From an uncultured Gammaproteobacteria bacterium (GTDB lineage: Bacteria; Pseudomonadota; Gammaproteobacteria; DRLM01): DNA of 64,000 nt. The stretch is from contig CAVSNY010000004.1 of NCBI GenBank assembly GCA_963729605.1, forward strand, positions 96,001-160,000, read 5' to 3'. Both the position numbers and the translations under genes were made by a program. Below the pieces are notes generated by a model. That model was given only the letters and a program-made list of their open reading frames with translations, did no database searches and was not told the origin of the DNA. This document shows, in pieces, positions 41,370 through 50,140 of this stretch (within the stretch, counting starts at the first letter, position 1; the number at the start of each line of letters is the position of its first letter).

Positions 41370-42470
41370 CTATTCAGCGTTACCCAAATTGGTGGATTGG
41401 CTGTTCAACGCGCCGCTCTGGCTCTGCGAGATGTTCTTGGCCGTGACGGTGCTGCTGGCGCTGCTCAGCAATCCGCCTTTGGCATTGCCGATCCGCAGCG
41501 ACTGGCTGTTCAACGCGCCGCTCTGGCTTTGATTGATGCCGTCCACCCGCACGTTGCTTTCAGCCTTGCCCAGCAGACCGCCGGTGGCATTGCCGATGTC
41601 CATCTTCTGCGAGTTCAACGCACCCGACTGCGATTGATTGACGTTTTTGGCGTTGACGTTGCTCTTGGCGCTGCCGATCAGCCCCGCCTGCGCGTTGCCC
41701 ACCGCCATGGATTGGCTATTCAACGCACCGCTCTGTTTCTGGTTGATGCCGTCGACTTGCACATTGGACTCGGCTTTACCCAGCAAACCGCCTTTGGCGC
41801 TGCCGATTTCCATCTTCTGCGAGTTCAAGGCGCCGCTCTGGCTTTGATTGACGTTTTTGGCGTTCACGTCGCTTTTCGCCCCGCCGATCAGGCCGGCCTG
41901 GGCGTTGCCGATCGCCATGGATTGGCTGTTCAGCGCACCGCTCTGACTTTGATTGACGCCATCGACCCGCACGTTGGATTCAGCCTTGCCCAGCAGACCG
42001 CCCTTGGCATCGCCGATTTCCATCTTCTGCGAATTCAAGGCGCCGCTCTGGTTTTGATTGACGTTCTTGGCGTTGACATCGGCCTTGGCCCCGCCGAGCA
42101 GACCGGCTTGGGAATTGCCGATCGCCATGGATTGGCTGTTCAACGCGCCGCTCTGTTTTTGATTGACGCCGTCCACTTGTACCTTGGATTCGGCACCGCC
42201 CAGCAAGCCGGCCTTGGCGTTGCCGATCTCCATCTTCTGCGAGTTCAACGCGCCCGATTGAGATTGATTGATGTTCTTGGCCTTGACATCGCTTTTCGCG
42301 CTGCCCAGCAGGCCGGCCTTGGCATTACCGACATCCATTTTCTGGGAATTCAGCGCGCCGGATTGGGATTGATTGACGCCGTCGATATCGAGATTGGTCT
42401 TGCTTTCCGCCAAGACCGCCGCCGATGACATGCTGCATAAAACAATGAAAGCACCTGTTAAAAGTTTCAT
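41370..42470 (-). CDS. Secreted protein with ten 35-aa Q/N/S/G-rich repeats (curlin/Fap-like candidate amyloid or beta-solenoid subunit)
   Basis: Signal peptide (AAVLA-E), then 10 repeats of core Q-x-QSGALNSQ-x-M-x-IG-x-A-x-x-GLLG, with a strong RBS (AAGGAG). Confidence 0.85.
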   Translation of the reverse strand: MKLLTGAFIVLCSMSSAAVLAESKTNLDIDGVNQSQSGALNSQKMDVGNAKAGLLGSAKSDVKAKNINQSQSGALNSQKMEIGNAKAGLLGGAESKVQVDGVNQKQSGALNSQSMAIGNSQAGLLGGAKADVNAKNVNQNQSGALNSQKMEIGDAKGGLLGKAESNVRVDGVNQSQSGALNSQSMAIGNAQAGLIGGAKSDVNAKNVNQSQSGALNSQKMEIGSAKGGLLGKAESNVQVDGINQKQSGALNSQSMAVGNAQAGLIGSAKSNVNAKNVNQSQSGALNSQKMDIGNATGGLLGKAESNVRVDGINQSQSGALNSQSLRIGNAKGGLLSSASSTVTAKNISQSQSGALNSQSTNLGNAE

Positions 42471-42546
42471 GATGATCTCCTTAGGGTTATGGTTTCACTT
42501 AACCAGTTAATGTTGTGTATCTCTACGGTGTCGAGCACCGCTTCCA

Positions 42547-43191
42547 TCATCCCTCGTTAGGGGATAAAGCCGGGGTAAAGGTCGACGGCACATCGGCCGC
42601 CCTGAATTGGACGCGGCGATTCTCCGCCGCATACGGGTTTTCCGGCAGCAGCGGCATAGATTTGCCGAGACCCACCACCGCCAGCGCCTGCGCTGGAATG
42701 CCGTGCCGGATGACCATGTATTGCTTCACCGCCGCGGCGCGGCGCTGCGATAGACGCAGGTTGTAATCCGCTGAACCGACCGCGTCGGTATGTCCCTCGA
42801 CCACGATGCGGGTCTGATTGCCGGCCATCTTGATTCCCTCCGCCACCGCATCCAGCGCCGGCGTCATGTCCGGCTGGATCTCGGCGGAGTTGAAAGGGAA
42901 TTGCACTTGCAGCGCGACGGCTGCGGGACTATCGATGTGCTCGGCCGCCGCCGCGGTGTCCGGCATGGGGAGGGCGGTGGACGCCGCATCGCCCAGCAAC
43001 TTCAGGCCGCGGGTCTTGGCCTTGGCGAGAGGGGCCTGATGGGGAGTGCCGAGAATCTTGGCGATATCATTCGGATTCGGCGTCTCGCCTTGGCGGTACA
43101 ACATCACCTCTCCCGCGAGGCTCGCGCCGCCGCCCAGCCAGCCGCCGATCAAGGCGGCGAAAACCAGTGAATGACGATGTTTAATGTTCAT
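42547..43191 (-). CDS. OmpA-family (peptidoglycan-binding) domain protein
   Basis: Motifs QFPFNSA, VEGHTDAVG, NLRLSQRRA and NRRV, plus a signal peptide. Confidence 0.92.
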   Translation of the reverse strand: MNIKHRHSLVFAALIGGWLGGGASLAGEVMLYRQGETPNPNDIAKILGTPHQAPLAKAKTRGLKLLGDAASTALPMPDTAAAAEHIDSPAAVALQVQFPFNSAEIQPDMTPALDAVAEGIKMAGNQTRIVVEGHTDAVGSADYNLRLSQRRAAAVKQYMVIRHGIPAQALAVVGLGKSMPLLPENPYAAENRRVQFRAADVPSTFTPALSPNEG

Positions 43192-43673
43192 GGTGAGCCT
43201 CGTACGTATTTACAGTTAGTCTTCGATGCCGGTGCGCCTCGCCGCCATCTCGTTTGCCGGCCGGCGGGCTCCGCGTAAATTCGTAGTCAGCTTAAGTTTT
43301 GGTATTGGCAGGTGAAATGCACTATTGCGCGGCGGTTTTGTGAAAAACTACCAATTGGCCGATCGATGATGGCCGCGCAGCATCGCAATGAGGGAGGGGA
43401 TCGGTTAAATCGCCGCTGGAAGAGGAGATGATCGATCGGATGTGGCGCGTGCTGCGCGGGGATGATGAGATCGCCGCAATGGCTGTCTGAAAAGACGAGT
43501 GAGAAAGAAAATATCTCGTTAAAACCCAAGGCACCTCTTATTAAATCCGAGGCCCTCTAAATTTCAGATTCGGGATTCTTTGAGGGATGTGGCAATAATG
43601 TGATAAACGGTATGCGCCGGGGCATGAATTAAACCGGCGTCGCCGCCTATCCGGTGATCCGTTTCGAAATGTG

Positions 43674-44168
43674 CTAGCGGACCTCGATATCTTCGCGCCC
43701 CGCGTGCGGCCCGCGCTGCGTTGCGTCCGTCAGCGGCCACGCCGCATGGTGCACGCGTCCGTTCCATTCCTGCACCGTGAGCCACAGGCGGTCGTCGGGA
43801 CTAAGCGCCTCAGGGTACGGCGCGTGGACGTGCTGGAGGTAGCGGTCGCCGTGCAGGATGCCGTCGAGCTCCGCAGGCAGCGCGGCGGGCGCGGCGCCCA
43901 CGCTCAAATAGGCCAGGCGGATGCGCTCGACGCAGCCGTCGCAGAAGCGCACGCTGAAATCCTTGTAGTAATTTTCGTCGTGCAGGTAGGGCGGCTCGGC
44001 ATCGCCGGGTGTCGGCGTCGCGGTGAACGGTCCGATCTGCCGCTCGGCCCAGGCCGGCGGAAACGTCGGATTCATCGACACGTAGAAATACCAGATCGGC
44101 GCGATGAGGAGGAGGCCGCTCGCGCGGTAGGCCCAGCGTTGCCACGGAGTGCGGGTCTTGATGTTCAT
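43674..44168 (-). CDS. Hypothetical membrane-anchored protein of the PepSY/TonB cassette
   Basis: N-terminal TM helix and RBS GAGGTGA; directly downstream of the PepSY-TM gene. Confidence 0.65.
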   Translation of the reverse strand: MNIKTRTPWQRWAYRASGLLLIAPIWYFYVSMNPTFPPAWAERQIGPFTATPTPGDAEPPYLHDENYYKDFSVRFCDGCVERIRLAYLSVGAAPAALPAELDGILHGDRYLQHVHAPYPEALSPDDRLWLTVQEWNGRVHHAAWPLTDATQRGPHAGREDIEVR

Positions 44169-44172
44169 GGCG

Positions 44173-45342
44173 TCACCTCGCGACGATCGCATCGGCCGGC
44201 GGCAACGCGGCGGCGCGCGCACGTGCGGGCTTGCGCGCGCCCTGCACCGTGCGCCGGCCCCACATCAAAAAGCCGGTGATCGACATGCCGGTGAGGATCG
44301 CGCCGAACACGAACCAGATCACCTTGGTCCACAGGCCCGCGAAGGTGCCGTAATGCAGCGGGTCGGCGATGTGGGTCAGCGTCTGCAATAGATTCATCGT
44401 TGCAGGCTCGCGCTGCTCGGCGACCGCACCGGTCCACGGATTCACGAAGGCGCGGAACGAATATTGATCGAACAGCAAAAAGGCGTCGCCGCGGCCGGCG
44501 ATGCTGTAATAGTCGCGGTTGTGCTCGGGCAGCGTGACGTAGTGCGGCTCGATCGACGGCAGCGCCTGCCGCGCGGCATCGAGCGCCTGCTCGAACGGGA
44601 TGCGCGCGGGCGGAGCGCCTTCACTGATCGGCAGCGTGTCGGTCGCAATCGGCCTGACCTCTTCCCATACATCGATATGATTGTGCCAAAGTACGGCCTG
44701 CGTCAGATACCAGAAGCCGGTGAGGCCCATCACCAGCAGGAACCATAGCGACCACGCGCCCGCGAGCCGATGCAGATCGCCGAGCAAGGCGCGCGCGCCG
44801 TCGCGGGTGCGCAGCAGCGGCCGCGTATACGCGCGCCAGAAGCGTTTATACACGACCATGCCGGTGATCATCGCGGTCAACACCAGCAACGACATCGCGC
44901 TCACGAGGTAGTAGCCGACGCTGTAGCCGTCCTGCCACGGAAACAGCAGCCAGCCGTGCAGCGAGCGCATGAAGCCGATGAAGGTGAGGCCCTGGAACAC
45001 CGCCTGCACCTCGCCGGTGTATTGATTCACGTAGGCGATCGCGCCGGGCTGCTTTGCGGTCGACAGGTTCACGACGTGCACGAGATAAGGCTCGTGCACC
45101 GTCACCTGGCCGATCTCGGCGCCTGGCACCGCGCGCTCGACCGCGGCCAGCAATTCCGGCAGCGATTTTGCCGGCAGGTCGTCCGGGTTCGCGGCGCGCG
45201 CGGCGGGGTTCGTGAGCCAGGTGAGCTCGTGGCTGATCACGCTGAGCGTGCCCGTCAGGCACACGAAGCAGAACAGGATCCACACCGGCAGCGAGGCCCA
45301 GCCGTGCACCTTGAACCACAGACGACGGTTGCCGATGCGCAT
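44173..45342 (-). CDS. PepSY-associated TM helix protein (putative ferric-siderophore reductase)
   Basis: Motifs WFKVHGW, FMRSLHGWL, GDLHRLAG and DPLHYG (His-containing helices). Start is the ATG at 45342. Confidence 0.88.
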   Translation of the reverse strand: MRIGNRRLWFKVHGWASLPVWILFCFVCLTGTLSVISHELTWLTNPAARAANPDDLPAKSLPELLAAVERAVPGAEIGQVTVHEPYLVHVVNLSTAKQPGAIAYVNQYTGEVQAVFQGLTFIGFMRSLHGWLLFPWQDGYSVGYYLVSAMSLLVLTAMITGMVVYKRFWRAYTRPLLRTRDGARALLGDLHRLAGAWSLWFLLVMGLTGFWYLTQAVLWHNHIDVWEEVRPIATDTLPISEGAPPARIPFEQALDAARQALPSIEPHYVTLPEHNRDYYSIAGRGDAFLLFDQYSFRAFVNPWTGAVAEQREPATMNLLQTLTHIADPLHYGTFAGLWTKVIWFVFGAILTGMSITGFLMWGRRTVQGARKPARARAAALPPADAIVAR

Positions 45343-45344
45343 GC

Positions 45345-47523
45345 TCAGAACCTGTAGCTCACGCTGCCGACCACGCTGCGGCGCGCACCGACGAAGCAGT
45401 CGCCGCGGGCGAGACAGGTGGTGTAGTAGGTCTCGTCCTCGAGATTGTTGACGGTAAGCGCGTAGCTCCAGTGGCCGGCGTCGTAGCCGAACATCGCGTC
45501 GAACAGCGTGTAGGACGGCGTCTTGATATTGTCGGCGCCGTCCCAGCTGTCGCCGACATAGCGCACGCCCGCGCCGGCGCGGAAGCCGTCGACGCCCGCG
45601 ATCGCGAAGCGATGCTGGCTCCACAGCGCGGCCATGTGATCGGCGACGCTCGCGAAGCGCGTACCTTCATCGACGCCGGGCGTGGCTTTGGTGACCTCGG
45701 TGTCGGTGTAGGTGTACGAGCCGATCAGATGCCAGCGCGGATTGATCTCGAGCAGGGCCTCGAGTTCGAGGCCGCGCGCCTGCGCCTCGCCGACTTGCAG
45801 CTGATTCTGCGCGTTCTGCGGGTCGGGCACGCGGCGGCTTTTCTCGACGAGATCGTAGACCGCGGCGGTCACGAAGCTGTTGCTGCCGGGCGGCTGATAT
45901 TTCACGCCGAGTTCGATCTGTTCGCCTTCGAGCGGGGCGTAGGCCTCGCCGAAGAAGTTGAGGCCGATGATGGGCTGGAAGGATTCGGCGTAGCTCACGT
46001 AGGGCGCGACACCGTTGTCGGCCTTGTACATCAGCGCGAGGCGCTTGGTCAGGACGTTGTCGGTCTGGTCGTCGGCGCCTTCGACCTTGGTGGTCGCGCG
46101 ATCGCCGCGCAGGCCCAGCACCGCGATCCAGCGCTCGTCGAACGTGAGCTGGTCCTGCACGTAGAGCCCGATCTGCTCGACGGTGTTCTTCGGATCGTCG
46201 ATGTATTGATCAGCCGTCGGCGGCGTAAAGCTGCCGTACACCGGGTTGTAGAGATTCAAGGTGCCGGCCGCGCCGTACGCCCAGCGGCGCGTGGTGACGG
46301 CGTGCTGATAGTCGAGCCCGAGGAGCAGCGTCTGCTTGAGACGGCCGCTGCCGAAGTTCGCCTGCGCCTGATGATCGGCCGTGAGGTAGTCGAGGTCGGG
46401 ATTGGCCGCCCAGAACACACGGTCGATGTCGCCGTTATCCTGCAGCAGCGGCGGGAACTGCGGATAAATCGTCTGATAATCCACCGTGCTCTGCGAATAA
46501 CGCAGGTTCTGGCGCAGGCTCCACGTATCGTCGAGTTGATACGAAACCAATGAGGTGACCGCTTGCTGCTCGGTGTCGTAGCGGTCGAAGCCGGGCTCGC
46601 TCATGAACACGTCGACCGGGATTTGCGGCAGGCCGTTGGGTGCGGGCAGCACCGTGCCCGCGTGCGGCAGGAATTGCGTCGTCGAGCCGGTCTCGTCTTT
46701 CTGAAGATTCGCGATCACCGTCCACTCGAATTTGTCATTCGGGCGCCAGGTCAGCGACGGCATCAGCGCGAGGCGATCGTCGGGGACATGCTTGACCTGC
46801 GTATCGCTATCGCGCGCGACCGCGACCGCGCGATACAGCAGCGTGCCGTCGGCATTCAGCGGGCCCGTCACGTCGAGCGCGAGCTGCTTGCGGTCGTAAC
46901 TGCCGTATTGCAGCTGCACCTCGCCATGGCGTTCGGCGAGCGGCCGCTTGCTGACGAGATTGACGAGGCACGCCGACCGTGCCTTGGCCGTACAGCACCG
47001 AGGCCGGACCCTTCAGCACTTCGATGCGCTGCAACGTGAACGGATCGGGCCGCGAACTCGCGTAGAAACCGAAGGTCTGCTGCATGCCGTCCTGGAACAC
47101 CACCGCATCGGCGCCGCGGATGATGCTCCAGTCGCCGCGGCTGTCGAGGCCATAGGGCTCACTGCGCACGCCCGCGGTGTAGCGCAGCGTATCCTGCACG
47201 TTTTGCGCGCCCTGGTCGCGCATCTGCTGATCGGTGACGACCGAGATCGACTGCGGCGTCTCGGCGAGCGGCGTGTCGGTCTTGGTGCCGGTCGCGCTGC
47301 GCTTGGCGACGTAGCCCGGCACCGGACCGGTCGCGGTCTCGTCCTGGCCGCTCTTCACCACCACCGCCGGCAGCACGCGCTCGGCGGGGGCGGCGCCGTC
47401 ATCGGCGAGGGCAGGGCCTGCCATTACCGCCGCGAGCGAGCACATGCCGCGCAGCGCGGTGGTCAGGACGATGGGACGGGGACGCGCAAGCGCGCGGCGA
47501 GAGGGCTTGGATTCTGCATTCAT
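45345..47523 (-). pseudogene. TonB-dependent siderophore receptor, split by a 1-bp frameshift at about 46970
   Basis: The N-terminal part (SATGTKTDTPL.ETPQSISVV, IEVLKGPASVLYG) and the C-terminal barrel (NNLED..Y, VSYRF) are in different frames. The minus strand reads GGCGTGCCTCGTCAAT where GGC GGC CTC GTC AAT (GGLVN) is expected. Confidence 0.85.
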
Positions 47524-47602
47524 TATCGGCTCCGCTAAATCATCGTTTCGAAAAAGAGCGCACGAATAAGCTGCGCGCACAATGCGGTTAGTAATATAAA
47601 TA

Positions 47603-47619
47603 GAAATAATTCTCATTTC
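47603..47619 (-). promoter_or_regulatory. Fur box-like site
   Basis: GAAATGAGAATTATTTC (minus strand) in an AT-rich patch 80 bp upstream of the TonB receptor start. Confidence 0.7.
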
Positions 47620-47699
47620 AATATTAATTTCACCGATCGCTCGATCCTCGCCTTTTTGCGGCGTGCATTCCGAGAGCGAGGTCGCTGCGCGGTGGGCGC

Positions 47700-48321
47700 G
47701 GGTGACACCCGCCGCTTTGAACTCGGTGCGCACTTCGGCGTGCGCGGTTTGGGCGATGATGAGATCGACTGCGAATTCGAGCAGGGGGACGGCAGCATCG
47801 GTCGGCAACGCATCAATGAGTTTGCCTGTAAGCGCGCCGGCGCCAAACCCAATTTCGTTTATCTGACCGCGAACGTCGAACAGACCCGCGGATTGATGAA
47901 AGACATCGCGATGCATATGGCCTTGCGCGGCCAGCTGGCCGATTCACCTCTCATCAGCAACGAACAGTTCAGCGCCGGCGGGGTGGACAGCGTGCGCGGT
48001 TATCTGGAATCGGAACGGCAGGGCGACAACGCGGTTCAACTCAATCTCGAGCTGCGCTCGCCGCCGCGGACGATGTCCATACTGAATAGCGTGGCGGAAT
48101 TACGCGCCCATGGATTCATCGACGCCGCCTGGTTGAATATCCGTGAGCCCTTGCCCGGTCAGGCGCGGGATTACAGCCTTGCCGGTGCCGGCCTTGGTCT
48201 GCACGCCGGTACGTCCAAAGGCGTGGGCGCCGCTGTGGATTTGGCGTGGGCCCTGGAGGATGGCAGCGACACGCAAAAGGGGGATATGCGCTGGCATTTT
48301 TCGCTGGATTATAAATTCTAG
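47700..48321 (+). pseudogene. C-terminal fragment of a second ShlB/FhaC/HecB family transporter
   Basis: EQFSAGGVDSVRGY motif and terminal LDYKF, but no signal peptide, no POTRA domain and only about 200 aa. Confidence 0.75.
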
Positions 48322-48461
48322 AACTTATCTCAAAATTGATTTTAAGAGTATTCGCCCCATATGACGCCTATGAACATTGATTATTTCCCGAGAAATATTG
48401 ATATGGAGCGCAAACGGTTAACCGGCTTGAAGCCTATATCCCAATTTTGAGATAGGCTCTA
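48319..48461. mobile_element. MITE-like element (143 bp) with 20-bp terminal inverted repeats
   Basis: TAGAACTTATCTCAAAATTG ... CAATTTTGAGATAGGCTCTA (18/20 complementary), AT-rich interior, no ORF. Confidence 0.65.
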
Positions 48462-48769
48462 TTTACCCATTTTTTACATCTAAACTTCGTATCGTTAGCA
48501 TTTATCACTACAGGCCATCTCTCTTTTGCACGCATCCGCTTTCCGTCACTCCCACGACGGGCCCCCTTAGATCACGCGCCCGCGGTCTCCGCGCTTTTTC
48601 TTCATCTTCGATCGCCTATGGCTTTGTCCTTTGCCGCAAAGATTGACTATATTGACCAGCGTTGGATTTGTCGGATTGTTTCTTTATGGGATCTGAAAAT
48701 TTGGGTCATGCGCTCATTCAAGGATGAGGCGGTTGTTGATCGATGAATGACCATGACCCGTGAAAGGCT

Positions 48770-48900
48770 GACCTGCGCGCAGTTTTTCATCGCTCCGTGG
48801 GCTGTTTTTTCCGCGCATCTCGATGCGTTGCAGCATGGAGAGTAGGGCGGGGCCTTGATCTCGTTGATGGGCATGTCCCCGATTAATGAGAACACCACTT
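48770..48900 (-). pseudogene. Relic of a P4-like tyrosine integrase
   Basis: With two frameshifts the minus strand reads VFSLIGDMPINEIKAP/LLSMLQRIEMRG/KTAHGAMKNCAQV, resembling the core-binding region of P4-type integrases. Confidence 0.6.
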
Positions 48901-49159
48901 GCGCCCCAATGGCATGTTGTGGAGAGCTTATTTTATTGAACTTCTGGCCTTTCTTGGGCTGCACTGGTATTCGGTAGGGGAGGTCAATTGATCCCGGGCC
49001 GTATTAAAACTACTTCCGCGACCACAATTTAAAATGTAGAGTGGTTCGAGTAGCCGATTGCTGTCGATCACCGATCGCTTTCGGAGAGAATAACCATTCT
49101 GCCAGGCCGCGTTGAGCGAATAATTGTTGGCGTCTGGCATAACGAAGAAAAATAATCGT

Positions 49160-50140
49160 ATGGATGATATTTCGCCTAGTGACCTAAAAAGCATTTTGCA
49201 TTCGAAGCGCGCCAATATTTATTATCTACAACACTGTCGCGTGTTGGTGAATGGCGGTCGGGTGGAGTATGTCACTGACGAGGGTAAGTCTTCCCGTTAC
49301 TGGAACATTCCGATCGCCAATACCACCTGCATCCTATTGGGAACCGGCACATCCGTCACCCAGGCCGCGATGCGCGAATTAGCGAAGGCCGGCGTGTTGG
49401 TCGGTTTTTGCGGTGGCGGCGGCACGCCGTTGTTCAGCGCCAATGAAGTGGATGTGGAGGTCGCCTGGTTATCGCCACAAAGTGAATACCGGTCCACCGA
49501 ATACCTTCAAAACTGGGTGCGATTCTGGTTTGATGATGCGCTGCGCCTTGAAGCAGCCAAACGTTTTCAGCAGGCGCGACTGCAACGTGTGGAGCAGCAG
49601 TGGCTGAACAGCCGTCCTCTCCGTGAGGCAGGCTTTGATATATCGCGCAATCTGCTCAAATCCTTGCTGGAACGTACCGCAGCTGCCATTGAAGTCGCGC
49701 CCAGTACCAATGATCTGCTCACCCTTGAAGCCCGTTTGACCAAGGATCTTTTTAAAATCGCCGTCCGCACGGTAGGGTATGACGACGAGTTTACCCGCGC
49801 TAAAAATGGCACGGGCTCTGATCCAGCCAATCGCTTTCTCGATCACGGCAATTACCTTGCTTACGGACTTGGCGCCACGGCTACGTGGGTATTGGGACTG
49901 CCTCATGGTTTGGCGGTGCTGCACGGAAAAACACGGCGTGGCGGTTTGGTGTTTGATGTTGCGGATCTGGTGAAGGATGCCACGATCCTGCCGCAGGCGT
50001 TTATCTCCGCCATGGCCGGACACGATGAACAGGAATTCCGCCAAGCCTGTATAGAAGGACTGACCCGCAGCGAATCTCTCGACTTCATGATCGACACCCT
50101 GAAGGTGATTGCATCGGAGTTGGGAGATAAGCCTCGATGA
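49160..50140 (+). CDS. cas1: Type I-F CRISPR-associated endonuclease Cas1
   Basis: Motifs SDLKSILHSKRANIYYL, YWNIPIANT, DHGNYLAYG and HGKTRRGGLVFDVAD. Confidence 0.97.
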   Translation: MDDISPSDLKSILHSKRANIYYLQHCRVLVNGGRVEYVTDEGKSSRYWNIPIANTTCILLGTGTSVTQAAMRELAKAGVLVGFCGGGGTPLFSANEVDVEVAWLSPQSEYRSTEYLQNWVRFWFDDALRLEAAKRFQQARLQRVEQQWLNSRPLREAGFDISRNLLKSLLERTAAAIEVAPSTNDLLTLEARLTKDLFKIAVRTVGYDDEFTRAKNGTGSDPANRFLDHGNYLAYGLGATATWVLGLPHGLAVLHGKTRRGGLVFDVADLVKDATILPQAFISAMAGHDEQEFRQACIEGLTRSESLDFMIDTLKVIASELGDKPR

